A DNA stretch of 36,128 nucleotides from Acidobacteriota bacterium (lineage in GTDB: Bacteria > Acidobacteriota > UBA6911 > JACQSX01): NCBI GenBank assembly GCA_036507075.1, contig DASXQR010000123.1, positions 1 through 36,128 on the forward strand, written 5' to 3'. The position numbers and the translations under genes are program-made. Position 1 is the stretch's first letter. Every line of letters begins with the position of its first letter. The notes under the pieces were generated by a model. It was given only the letters and a program-made list of their open reading frames with translations. It was not told the DNA's origin and made no database searches. Shown here in pieces: positions 28,005 through 36,128 of this stretch.

Positions 28005-28166
28005 AACTTTTCACCACAAAGGCACAAAGGCACGAAGCAAGACGTGGGGCAGGCAGAGGCCGGTCAGCTCCAAAAGCCCTTGCCGCGTTTACCTTTGGAC
28101 AGCTGACCGGCCTCTGCCTGCCCCACGTCTTCCCTTCGTGTCCTTAGTGTCTTTGTGGTGAAAGTT
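28005..28166. repeat. Nested palindrome: CACAAAGG 8-mer arms enclosing a perfect 31-bp inverted repeat
   Basis: Outer arms 28005-28037 / 28134-28166; inner arms 28039-28069 / 28101-28131 are exact reverse complements. Confidence 0.9.
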
Positions 28167-28193
28167 TCACACACGAACTTTTGCAAGTAAGTA

Positions 28194-29213
28194 CTAGTCA
28201 GCGCTAAAACCGTGCTGGCGGCGATGATGAGGCCCATCGAAAGTCTGGGTCGACTTGAACAGCTCGTGCCGCCCATCGGCGGCCTGCGGACGTACGCGTT
28301 CGAGCAAGGCGGCTCGTTCCTGTTTTTCCATCGGCCTAAAATCCTGAACAATCCCCAGGTCCTGCTGCAGGTCTTCCATCGACTGAATCCCTACAACCAG
28401 CGACGTAATGGGCAGGCTGAGCGCATAGCGAATGCAGTCCTGAGCGGAAACCCCTGCCTTTTCCGGTATCTGGCCTTTGGGATAGCCCCCGCCAAGGCTT
28501 TTCATCCCCAGCACGGAGATATTTCGTTTCGTGCAAACAGGAAGCACCTCGTTCTGGAAACTTCGGTAATGTGCGTCCATGACGTTAATCGGCATTTGTG
28601 CCGTGTCCCAGTCAAAGGACTTGCTAAGCATCTTCAGGTGGATGCGCGGATCCTTGTGCCCGGTAAAGCCAATGTAACGCACCTTTCCCGCTTTTCTGGC
28701 TTCTATCGCCGCTTTGATTCCGCCTTTATCGAACACCCAATCCGGGTCATTGTCGTAGACCATCTCGTGGAACTGCCACAGATCGAGATGGTCGGTGCGA
28801 AGCCGCCGGAGGCTTTCCTCCAGATTCCGCATCGACCCCTGGTAGTCCCGTTCGCAGTTTTTGGTCATCAGGAAGACTTTTTTGCGATGGTCATCCATGG
28901 AAAGAGCCCGCCCCATTACTTCCTCGCTCCCTCCGTTGTGATAATCCCAGGCATTATCGAAGAAAGTGAGGCCATGGTCTATGGCGGCATGCATAATTCG
29001 CATGGCCTCCTGAGTGTCTTTGACGGCGCCGATATGCCAGCCGCCGAGGGTAAGAATGGATACCTTCTCGCCCGTTTTCCCCAGCGACCGCGTCGGCACG
29101 CCGGCAGCGCTCTTTGCTCTCAAGGATACCCCTCCGTGGCTGAAACTCGCGCCGGCTACGATTCCCAATGATGTTCGTACAAAATCGCGTCGAGTGGTTT
29201 CAAAGTGCGGCAT
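28194..29213 (-). CDS. Aldo/keto reductase with Tat signal
   Basis: AGGAGG RBS before ATG 29213; TRRDFV; FFDNAWDY, LMTK, SLRRLRTDHLDLWQFH, GKVRYIGFTGH. Confidence 0.9.
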   Translation of the reverse strand: MPHFETTRRDFVRTSLGIVAGASFSHGGVSLRAKSAAGVPTRSLGKTGEKVSILTLGGWHIGAVKDTQEAMRIMHAAIDHGLTFFDNAWDYHNGGSEEVMGRALSMDDHRKKVFLMTKNCERDYQGSMRNLEESLRRLRTDHLDLWQFHEMVYDNDPDWVFDKGGIKAAIEARKAGKVRYIGFTGHKDPRIHLKMLSKSFDWDTAQMPINVMDAHYRSFQNEVLPVCTKRNISVLGMKSLGGGYPKGQIPEKAGVSAQDCIRYALSLPITSLVVGIQSMEDLQQDLGIVQDFRPMEKQERAALLERVRPQAADGRHELFKSTQTFDGPHHRRQHGFSAD

Positions 29214-29479
29214 GGCGCCTCCTGTGAATTTGTGGCAACCAACAGTTTTTGGTTCGGACGCCGGCACAGCCATGCTGCGCCAAGGAGTTTGGACATTTCG
29301 CAGCGGAGCCCGGGACGTTTTCACAACGTCAGAACGCGAACGAAGTGGGCGACGCAGGACTGCGTCCGGCGCTACAACTCTTCGTACCGTCAATTCAGCC
29401 TACGGCCAGAGCGGCGGAAAGAAAAGGAAAAAAAGCAGGCTATGAAGCCGGATTGGGGCCGGGGTGGGTCGGGGAGGTT

Positions 29480-29507
29480 CGACTTTTTCCGTTCTTTTTG
29501 AGTCAAA
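29480..29507 (+). promoter_or_regulatory. Possible ECF-sigma (sigmaE-like) promoter
   Basis: CGACTT-N16-GTCAAA, 35 nt upstream of the sigma factor ATG. Confidence 0.3.
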
Positions 29508-29542
29508 TAGGACAGCACAGGAAAGATTCTGAGCCGGAGTCG

Positions 29543-30205
29543 ATGGAAGAAGCCTTGAATTCAACGCTTTCGACGGAGAGCCACGCAGAGTCCAGGCCGG
29601 CAGACAGCGTCCAGGAAGTCGCCTGGATCAGAGCCTCGCAGCAGGGGGATACTCTCGCTTTCAACCGGCTTGTCCTCAGGTGGGAAAAGTCCATCTATAA
29701 CCTGACGCTGAGGATGCTTCAGGATCCGGAGGATGCTGCCGAAGTTACTCAGGAAGTTTTTCTGTCGGCTTATCGAAATGTCCGGCGCTTCCGGCATGAG
29801 GCCAGGTTTTCCACCTGGCTCTACCGTATCGCGGCCAATCATTGCATAACCAGGCTGCGACAGCGTCCTCAGGGGGTCCACTGTTCCATCGATGATGATC
29901 ATTCTGTGATTCCAATCGAGCAAGCTCTTCCCGCACAGCGTTCACACGAAAGCGAATTCCTGCGCGAGGAAATCCGCAACCAGGTGCGCGGGGCGCTGCG
30001 ACAGTTGAATCCTGATCAAAGGATAGTGGTGGAACTGAAGTTCTTTCAGGAACTCACATTTAATGACATTGCGGCGATTTTGCAGCTCCCGGTCAGCACG
30101 ATTAAGTCGAGACTTTACTCCGGTTTCGAAGTACTAAAAGGGCGACTGGGAAACGCCGCGAAACACTCTGTCAATATGACCGCGAACACTTCGGAGGCAA
30201 AATGA
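29543..30205 (+). CDS. ECF-type sigma-70 factor
   Basis: GGAG RBS before ATG 29543; DAAEVTQEVF, FSTWLYRIAAN (region 2); IAAILQLPVSTIKSRL (region 4). Confidence 0.9.
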   Translation: MEEALNSTLSTESHAESRPADSVQEVAWIRASQQGDTLAFNRLVLRWEKSIYNLTLRMLQDPEDAAEVTQEVFLSAYRNVRRFRHEARFSTWLYRIAANHCITRLRQRPQGVHCSIDDDHSVIPIEQALPAQRSHESEFLREEIRNQVRGALRQLNPDQRIVVELKFFQELTFNDIAAILQLPVSTIKSRLYSGFEVLKGRLGNAAKHSVNMTANTSEAK

Positions 30206-30996
30206 ATGGTTGTGACGAATTTCGAAATCAGATCATCGAGGCTGCCCTGGGAGAAATCGGCTCCGCAGAGCAGGGGGCCCTGGAATCGCACCTGAAGGAT
30301 TGCGCGGTCTGTCGTCGGGAACAGGATCGCGTCGTCGAGGTGGTTAGGGAGCTGCGCGCGGCCACAGATTTTCCGGTCCCGCGGCACTTTTTCGTGCACC
30401 CAGACGATAGTCCTTACACGGTCCGGGATATCTTTCGGGCGCTCACACCAGCCTGGAAACTGGGCTTGGCCGCGGCAACAGTGGTTGTCGCGCTTCTGGT
30501 GGTGTTCACGGCGGCAAGTTTCCATGCCCGCATCGAGAAGGGTGTCTACGTCTTCAGCTTCGGCACGCCAATCGATCCGGTCCCAGGCCGCTCAGAACCG
30601 TCCGTGGACGTCGGCCGGTTAAAACCGGATTTGCTGCGAACGTTGGAGGAAAAATCCCGGCGGGAACGCCTGCAGTGGATTCAAGCGATGAGAGAAGAGA
30701 TGGATCGATCCGCATCGACATTGTCGCGGCGGCAGCGGGCGGAGCTGGAAAGGACTTTGGCAAGTCTGGAGCGCCGCGTCGATGAGCGCGTATTTACCGC
30801 AGGCCTGGCCCTGCAGGCGCGCTCGGATAAGGCTCTCTCCGACATGTACAACTCGATGCAGGCGCAGCGACAGCGCGATGTGCTGCTCACACAGGAGAGT
30901 CTTGAACGCTGGAAAGCGAAAGATGAAATCAAGGCCAGCCAGACCGATGCCATCCTGCAAACGCTGCTGCAGGTGGCCGAGGTCCGCTTGAAATAA
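30202..30996 (+). CDS. Zinc-binding (zf-HC2) transmembrane anti-sigma factor
   Basis: HLKDCAVC motif, one TM helix, coiled-coil C-terminus, ATGA overlap with the sigma gene. Confidence 0.85.
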   Translation: MNGCDEFRNQIIEAALGEIGSAEQGALESHLKDCAVCRREQDRVVEVVRELRAATDFPVPRHFFVHPDDSPYTVRDIFRALTPAWKLGLAAATVVVALLVVFTAASFHARIEKGVYVFSFGTPIDPVPGRSEPSVDVGRLKPDLLRTLEEKSRRERLQWIQAMREEMDRSASTLSRRQRAELERTLASLERRVDERVFTAGLALQARSDKALSDMYNSMQAQRQRDVLLTQESLERWKAKDEIKASQTDAILQTLLQVAEVRLK

Positions 30997-31094
30997 AGAC
31001 CCATGGCCAGAAATAACTTATTGTTTTTTCGACAAGATTTCAGAAGACATCCAATCGAGCTTTCGAGCTGCGGTCTATTTAGAGGGAGAAAAAG

Positions 31095-31943
31095 ATGAAA
31101 AGATATCTAATGGCGCTTCTGCTGGCAATGTTGGCTCTGTTGCCTGCCGGGAATGTCTTGAATGCCCAGTCCGAGCTTTTCGACCAGAAGAAGTTGCGGC
31201 AGGAACTGGAAATTATGGAAGGCATCTTGCAGACCACTTTGCAGTTTGGGCTGAAAGAGTTTCGGCTTAAGGATCAGGCGGCGAAAAAAGAAGAACAGGT
31301 CTTCAGGAGGTCGTATGATTTTCCGGGTGAAATAGGAAGGCTTTCCAATATCACCGCTCTCTACCTTTATGGCCAGGGTGCTGTCTTCCTTATTCCTGTG
31401 GCGGGTCTCCAGGGGCATAACGACTTTTACGGAGTGCTTGCCCCGGGGCACAAAGATATCGATCTTTACCTCCGCAGCTCGATTAAGCCGGCCTCTCCAG
31501 CGCCCGGATCACCTCGGACCTCGATATCGCCGGCACCTCCGGCGGCTGGGAGTGGAGTCGAAAAATCCGCAAAGAGGGTGACCGAGGGAAACGAGGAGGA
31601 CCTGCGCAAACGCCTCGGCGAGGCTCAGGAGCTCATTAAGAAGCGCACGGAAGATGAAGCCGTGCTGCGAGCAAAGCTGGATGAACTGCTCGGTAAAATA
31701 AAAGGCTCGCTGATCGAGGCGCTCGCCAATTACGGAGACTCTCTGACGCTGGTAAAACCCAACGAATACATTACGATTGTCTTCACCAGTGAGACGCCGG
31801 GCCGCTTCAAACTGCTGCTGGCGGATGAGGTGGGACATCCACAGGAAGTCATCTCAGTCCAGAAATCTGTCATTACCGATTACAAGGCCGGTAAGCTGCC
31901 GCTGGAGAGCTTCAGGCAAAAGGTTTTGAATTACAAGAATTGA
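31095..31943 (+). CDS. Secreted hypothetical protein
   Basis: GAGGGAG RBS; signal peptide; co-oriented with the ECF pair. Confidence 0.75.
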   Translation: MKRYLMALLLAMLALLPAGNVLNAQSELFDQKKLRQELEIMEGILQTTLQFGLKEFRLKDQAAKKEEQVFRRSYDFPGEIGRLSNITALYLYGQGAVFLIPVAGLQGHNDFYGVLAPGHKDIDLYLRSSIKPASPAPGSPRTSISPAPPAAGSGVEKSAKRVTEGNEEDLRKRLGEAQELIKKRTEDEAVLRAKLDELLGKIKGSLIEALANYGDSLTLVKPNEYITIVFTSETPGRFKLLLADEVGHPQEVISVQKSVITDYKAGKLPLESFRQKVLNYKN

Positions 31944-31945
31944 GT

Positions 31946-32052
31946 TTCACTGCTAAGAAAGCGGAAACTGCGAAGGCGCGAAAGCGCGAAAAAATGGTTC
32001 TGGTTGCCTGCGAAGGCTGGAGCACTTTTCGTTTTCGCGCCTTCGCGGTGAA
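31946..32052. repeat. Degenerate palindromic 8-mer element (CGCGAARG) between convergent genes
   Basis: GCGAAGGCGCGAAAGCGCGAAAA ... TTTTCGCGCCTTCGCGGTGAA. Confidence 0.7.
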
Positions 32053-32063
32053 TTTTGCGAGAA

Positions 32064-32456
32064 TTACTTCAGGATCTCGGCCGCACGTGTGAGATCAGAG
32101 ACCGAGAGGATCATCAGCGCGCGATCTGAATTTTTTTCTATGCTGCCGTAAGCGTACCGCAAGTCGATTCCCTTTTCAGCGAGTTTTCTGGTGATTCGTC
32201 CCAGCGCTCCGGGGCGGTCCTTTAGATGGACAGCCAGAACTTGTTCCTCGGTATAACCAATCCTGAGAGAATCGAGTACTTTCTTCGCAGTATCCAGGTT
32301 GTTGACGATGATATGAAGCGGCGCCTCGCCGCGCGGGGTTTTCGAAATCATGATAGCCGAGATGTTGACCGCTACCTTTGCCAACTCGGTACAAATCTCG
32401 GCCAGAGCTCCCGGCTTGTCGTCCACCTTGACGGAAAGCTGCTTTACGATCGCCAT
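32064..32456 (-). CDS. Tandem ACT domain protein
   Basis: QLSVKVDDKPGALAEI and DRPGALGRI ACT motifs. Confidence 0.88.
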   Translation of the reverse strand: MAIVKQLSVKVDDKPGALAEICTELAKVAVNISAIMISKTPRGEAPLHIIVNNLDTAKKVLDSLRIGYTEEQVLAVHLKDRPGALGRITRKLAEKGIDLRYAYGSIEKNSDRALMILSVSDLTRAAEILK

Positions 32457-32470
32457 AGTTGGGCAGGAAT

Positions 32471-32722
32471 TTCCACGAATTTACACGAATTTCACGAAGT
32501 TATCTAAAAGATTCGTGTAATTCGTATAATGCGTCTGACTTTGTGCGCTTTGTACTACTAACCATGAACTACTAACCATGAGAATTTTCGCGGCCTGCGC
32601 AAATTTATTCGGGAGCGGACAGACGGCCTGAGGGCCGTCTCAGCTTGGCAGGACACCGCAGAGAGACGGCCGTCTCTCCTTGACTTTTGGTTGCGGCTTC
32701 GCCGCGCTAAGCCTTTGTGGTG
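32471..32722. repeat. Cluster: CACGAATT element (copy 4), 14-bp direct duplication, GAGACGGCC REP-like pair and GGTTGCGGC motif
   Basis: 32471-32525; ACTACTAACCATGA x2 at 32554-32581; AGACGGCCTGAGGGCCGTCTCAG at 32621-32643 identical to the copy near 2654; 32687-32722 resembles 7111-7148. Confidence 0.8.
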
Positions 32723-32775
32723 CAAATATTCTTGGTCGAATTTGTGGAATTAAATGCCAGGCGAGAACACTTATC

Positions 32776-34356
32776 ATGAAAAAACACCAGAACTTTTTGA
32801 CAGCACAGGCAATCGTTTTTGTGGCCGCGCATTGTCTGATGGCCCAGAGCCGCCCGGCGATTGATGCTCTGAAGACGGAAGCCTCAGCCGCGGTGGATGG
32901 AATGAAGGATCTGACCCAGCGAATGGTCGATCAAATCTTCAGCTTCAGTGAGTTGGGATTTCAGGAATTTGAAACATCGCGCTACGTGACCGGCATTCTG
33001 GAAGAAAACGGTTTCAAAGTGGAACGTGGAATCGCCGGAATCCCCACTGCGTGGATGGCGACTTATGGTTCCGGGAAACCGGTGATTGCCTTTATCAGCG
33101 ACATCGACGGCATTCCCCAGGCGTCTCAGAAGCCCGGCGTTGCCTATCATGATCCTCTTGTTCCGGGAGCGCCGGGCCACGGGGAAGGGCACAATTCGGG
33201 ACAGGCGGTAAATGTCACCGCTGCCATTGTCCTTAAGAACCTGATGGACAAATATCGGATCTCCGGAACTCTCCGGTTATTCCCGGGCGTGGCCGAAGAG
33301 CAGCTCGGCACCAAGGCCTTTTTGATTCGGGCGGGCCTGTTCAAGGACGTCGACATTGTTTTGGGGTCTCATGTGGACAACAGCTTCGGCACCAATTACG
33401 GCATGCCGTCGAACAACAGCGGCCTGGTTTCCGTGCAATACACATTCTCCGGACGCTCGGCGCATGCGGCAGGGGCGCCATGGCAGGGACGCAGCGCGCT
33501 GGACGCCGTGGAGCTGATGAATGCAGGCTGGAATTACCGGCGTGAACACCTGCGACTGCAGCACCGATCGCACTACGTGATTGTCAACGGCGGCGACCAG
33601 CCCAACGTAGTTCCGCCGGAAGCGACCGTCTGGTACTTCTTCCGGGAACTGGACTATGCGCGCATCAAGGAGCTCTTTGAGCTGGGAAACAGGATGGCGC
33701 AGGCTGCGACGATGATGACCGACACGACGGTGACGCATCGGATTGTGGGATCAGCCTGGCCGAATCACTTCAATAAGGTTGTCGCCGAAGCGCAGCATAA
33801 GAACATCGAGGCTGTCGGCATGCCACAGTGGAGTGAAGCCGATCAGACGCTGGCCCGTTCTCTGCAAAAGGAAATCGAAGCCAAAACGGACGGTTTGAAA
33901 ACGTCAGTGGAGAAGCTGGTAGCGCCCAAGGAACCTTCAGGCGGAGGCTCCGACGACATTGGCGACGTTTCGTGGAATGTTCCCACGGTATACCTTCGCT
34001 ACCCGGCAAACATTCCAAACCTGCCGGGACATAACTGGGCCAATGCAGTAGCGATGGCCACGCCGATCGCTCACAAAGGGTCGACGGCCGGCGCCAAGGT
34101 TCAAGCTCTAACGGCGCTCGACTTTCTGATGAATGATGAGCTGGTAAAGGAGAGCTGGAATTATTTTCGCAGCGTGCAGACTAAAGATGTGAAATACATC
34201 CCGCTGATCGAATCAACCGATCGCCCGGCGATTGAGCTGAATAAGGAAAAAATGGAAAGACACCTTCCGGAGCTCAAGAAGCACTACTTTGATCCCGGCC
34301 GTTACAAAACATACCTGGAGCAACTGGGAATCTCATATCCGACCGTGCGGCAGTAG
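32776..34356 (+). CDS. M20-family amidohydrolase, AbgB-like, with probable signal peptide
   Basis: ELGFQEFETS, GHGEGHN, AEE, GRSAHAAGAPWQGRSALDAVELMN, GGDQPNVVP, GSDDIGDVSW. Confidence 0.85.
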   Translation: MKKHQNFLTAQAIVFVAAHCLMAQSRPAIDALKTEASAAVDGMKDLTQRMVDQIFSFSELGFQEFETSRYVTGILEENGFKVERGIAGIPTAWMATYGSGKPVIAFISDIDGIPQASQKPGVAYHDPLVPGAPGHGEGHNSGQAVNVTAAIVLKNLMDKYRISGTLRLFPGVAEEQLGTKAFLIRAGLFKDVDIVLGSHVDNSFGTNYGMPSNNSGLVSVQYTFSGRSAHAAGAPWQGRSALDAVELMNAGWNYRREHLRLQHRSHYVIVNGGDQPNVVPPEATVWYFFRELDYARIKELFELGNRMAQAATMMTDTTVTHRIVGSAWPNHFNKVVAEAQHKNIEAVGMPQWSEADQTLARSLQKEIEAKTDGLKTSVEKLVAPKEPSGGGSDDIGDVSWNVPTVYLRYPANIPNLPGHNWANAVAMATPIAHKGSTAGAKVQALTALDFLMNDELVKESWNYFRSVQTKDVKYIPLIESTDRPAIELNKEKMERHLPELKKHYFDPGRYKTYLEQLGISYPTVRQ

Positions 34357-34394
34357 AAGGGGGATGAACCCTTCCCTCCCTTCCTAACCCTTCC

Positions 34395-35102
34395 TCACGC
34401 TCCCTCGCTCCCCGGGGCTGCGTTTATCTTCGCGATCTTCTCCAGGTGGCGTATATCGCGCCCTTCCACCATGAAGATCACCATTTCAGCGATGTTGGAG
34501 GAGTGATCTCCCAGTCGTTCCAGGTATTTGGCGACAAACATCAGGTGAGAGGCGCATAAGATGTCGGCCGGATGTTCGGCCATGTACGACAAAAGATCAC
34601 GGAACAGCTTTTGATTCAGCATGTCAACGTAATCGTCCGCATACAGCACCTTCTGCGCCAACTCCACATCCTGATTAACAAAGGCATCCAGAGCATCCTT
34701 CAGCATCTTCTGCGCAGCTTCGGCCATGAGGGGGTAGTCCGGCAGCAGTTTCATTTCCGGCCCGCAGCTCAACTCCAGGGCGCGCTCCGCGATATCAACC
34801 GCCAGATCTCCGACGCGTTCCAGGTCCTTGACGATTTTCAGGCTGGTAGCGATAAAGCGGAGGTCGCGCGCCACGGGCTGGCGCAGGGCCAGCAGTTCCA
34901 GGCTGGCGTTGTCAATTTCGATTTCCAGTTTGTCCACGTGGGGATCGCCGGCGATCACCTCGTTGGCCAGCGAAGCATCTTTCTGCACCAGGGCGCGAAT
35001 GCTGAGTGAAATCGCGCGCTCCACCATTGTCGCCATGCGCAAGATGGACTGTTTTAAAGCATCCAACTGTTCGTCAAAATGCTTGCTTAAGTGGTCTGTC
35101 AT
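34395..35102 (-). CDS. phoU: Phosphate signalling protein PhoU
   Basis: Start moved to ATG 35102 (the upstream extension is repeat-derived); LRQPVARDLR, DLERVGD, LERLGDH; downstream of pstB. Confidence 0.95.
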   Translation of the reverse strand: MTDHLSKHFDEQLDALKQSILRMATMVERAISLSIRALVQKDASLANEVIAGDPHVDKLEIEIDNASLELLALRQPVARDLRFIATSLKIVKDLERVGDLAVDIAERALELSCGPEMKLLPDYPLMAEAAQKMLKDALDAFVNQDVELAQKVLYADDYVDMLNQKLFRDLLSYMAEHPADILCASHLMFVAKYLERLGDHSSNIAEMVIFMVEGRDIRHLEKIAKINAAPGSEGA

Positions 35103-35132
35103 CGGTGTTCCTATTCTTGCCGGGTTAGGAGT

Positions 35133-35462
35133 CGCGGGTTTCCGGGTTCCGGGTTTCGGGTTACGGGTTCCGGGTTCCGAGTTTTCGGGTTTCGAGTTTT
35201 CGGGTTGCGGGTTCTCGAGTTGCGGGTTCCGGGTTCCGAGTTTCACGTTCCGGGTGCCGAGCTTCGGGTTCCGGGTTCCGAGCTTCGGGTTCCGCAACCC
35301 AACAACTCAACAAACCGAAAACCCACAACCCGAAAACCGGGAACCCGAAAACCCGCAACCCGAAACCCCGAAACCCGAAAACCCGAAAACCCGAAAACCC
35401 GAAATCCGAAATCCGCGAGGCGACAACCCGCAACCCGAAAACCCGTAACCCGACAACCCGCG
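35133..35462. repeat. Palindromic 7/8-mer array element (CGGGTTC)n / (GAAACCC)n inside the pstB-phoU gap
   Basis: Left array about 35133-35293, complementary array about 35294-35462. Confidence 0.9.
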
Positions 35463-35474
35463 CCGAAGGAGTGC

Positions 35475-36128
35475 CTAGCCGAATCTCCCGGTCACATAAT
35501 CCTCAGTTTGCTTTTTCTCCGGCGTGGTAAAGAGCCTGCGGGTAACATTGAACTCTACCAACTGCCCCAGGTAGAAGAAAGCAGTGTAGTCGGACACGCG
35601 CGCGGCCTGCTGCATGTTGTGCGTGACGATCACAATGGTGTAGCGCTGCTTCAGCTCTTCGATCAACTCTTCAATTTTCTGAGTGGCGATAGGATCCAGC
35701 GCCGAGGCAGGTTCGTCCATGAGCAGCATCTCAGGCTCCACGGCCAGCGCTCGGGCGATGCACAACCGCTGCTGCTGGCCGCCGGATAAACTCAGCGCCG
35801 ACCGATTCAGCCGGTCCTTGACCTCATCCCAGAGCGCAACATCTCGAAGGCTCTTCTCGACCCGCTCTTCCAGAAAGGTTCTGCTGTGCCGGCCGTTGAT
35901 TCGCAGGCCGTAGGCTACGTTTTCAAAGATGGATTTTGGAAAAGGATTGGATTTCTGAAAGACCATTCCTACCCGCCGGCGCACTTCAACCACGTCGACG
36001 TCGGGCGCATAGATATCCTGGTCATCCAGAACGATACTCCCCTCCAGCCGGGTGTGAGCCAGGATCTCATTCATGCGATTCAGCGTTCTCAAAAAGGTTG
36101 ATTTGCCGCAGCCGCTGGGGCCAATCAG
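35475..36128 (-). CDS. pstB: Phosphate ABC transporter ATPase PstB (5' truncated by the window edge)
   Basis: In-frame [14 protein letters not shown] at the window end; [41 protein letters not shown]. Confidence 0.96.
   Translation of the reverse strand: MIGPSGCGKSTFLRTLNRMNEILAHTRLEGSIVLDDQDIYAPDVDVVEVRRRVGMVFQKSNPFPKSIFENVAYGLRINGRHSRTFLEERVEKSLRDVALWDEVKDRLNRSALSLSGGQQQRLCIARALAVEPEMLLMDEPASALDPIATQKIEELIEELKQRYTIVIVTHNMQQAARVSDYTAFFYLGQLVEFNVTRRLFTTPEKKQTEDYVTGRFG

Noticed and set aside
29214..29542. Long N-terminal extensions of the aldo/keto reductase and the sigma factor
   Set aside because: They would overlap each other; better starts with RBS exist at 29213 and 29543.
34357..34394. 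CCCTTCC repeats between the amidohydrolase gene and phoU
   Set aside because: Too short to call as a family member; possibly a degenerate remnant or weak terminator.
35103..35297. N-terminal extension of PhoU in the ORF track
   Set aside because: It is encoded by the repeat array; PhoU similarity begins at ATG 35102.

Overview
Gene-dense, GC-rich bacterial chromosome segment. An Acidobacteriota-like origin is inferred from the gene types. It holds 27 supportable CDS: a Planctomycete-type DUF1501 / DUF1549-DUF1553 / cytochrome c-WD40 / PPC operon divergent from an Oar-like TonB-dependent receptor, two diguanylate cyclases, an MFS transporter, a secreted esterase, two cupins, an orphan GspE/PilB ATPase, DinB, FRG and VOC genes, a Tat-exported aldo/keto reductase, an ECF sigma/anti-sigma operon, an ACT protein, an AbgB-like amidohydrolase, and phoU plus a partial pstB. 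No rRNA, tRNA, CRISPR array, transposase or integrase was recognised. The most striking feature is non-coding: 17 of about 21 intergenic gaps of 90 bp or more carry repeat elements, nearly all palindromic. Most are a degenerate tandem array of a 6-10 nt unit, a unique spacer, then the reverse-complement array. The unit differs between sites but matches within each element. REP/REPIN-like doublets are interspersed with and nested in them. A candidate three-way-junction RNA lies upstream of the TonB-dependent receptor. All calls are by eye; no searches or folding programs were run.
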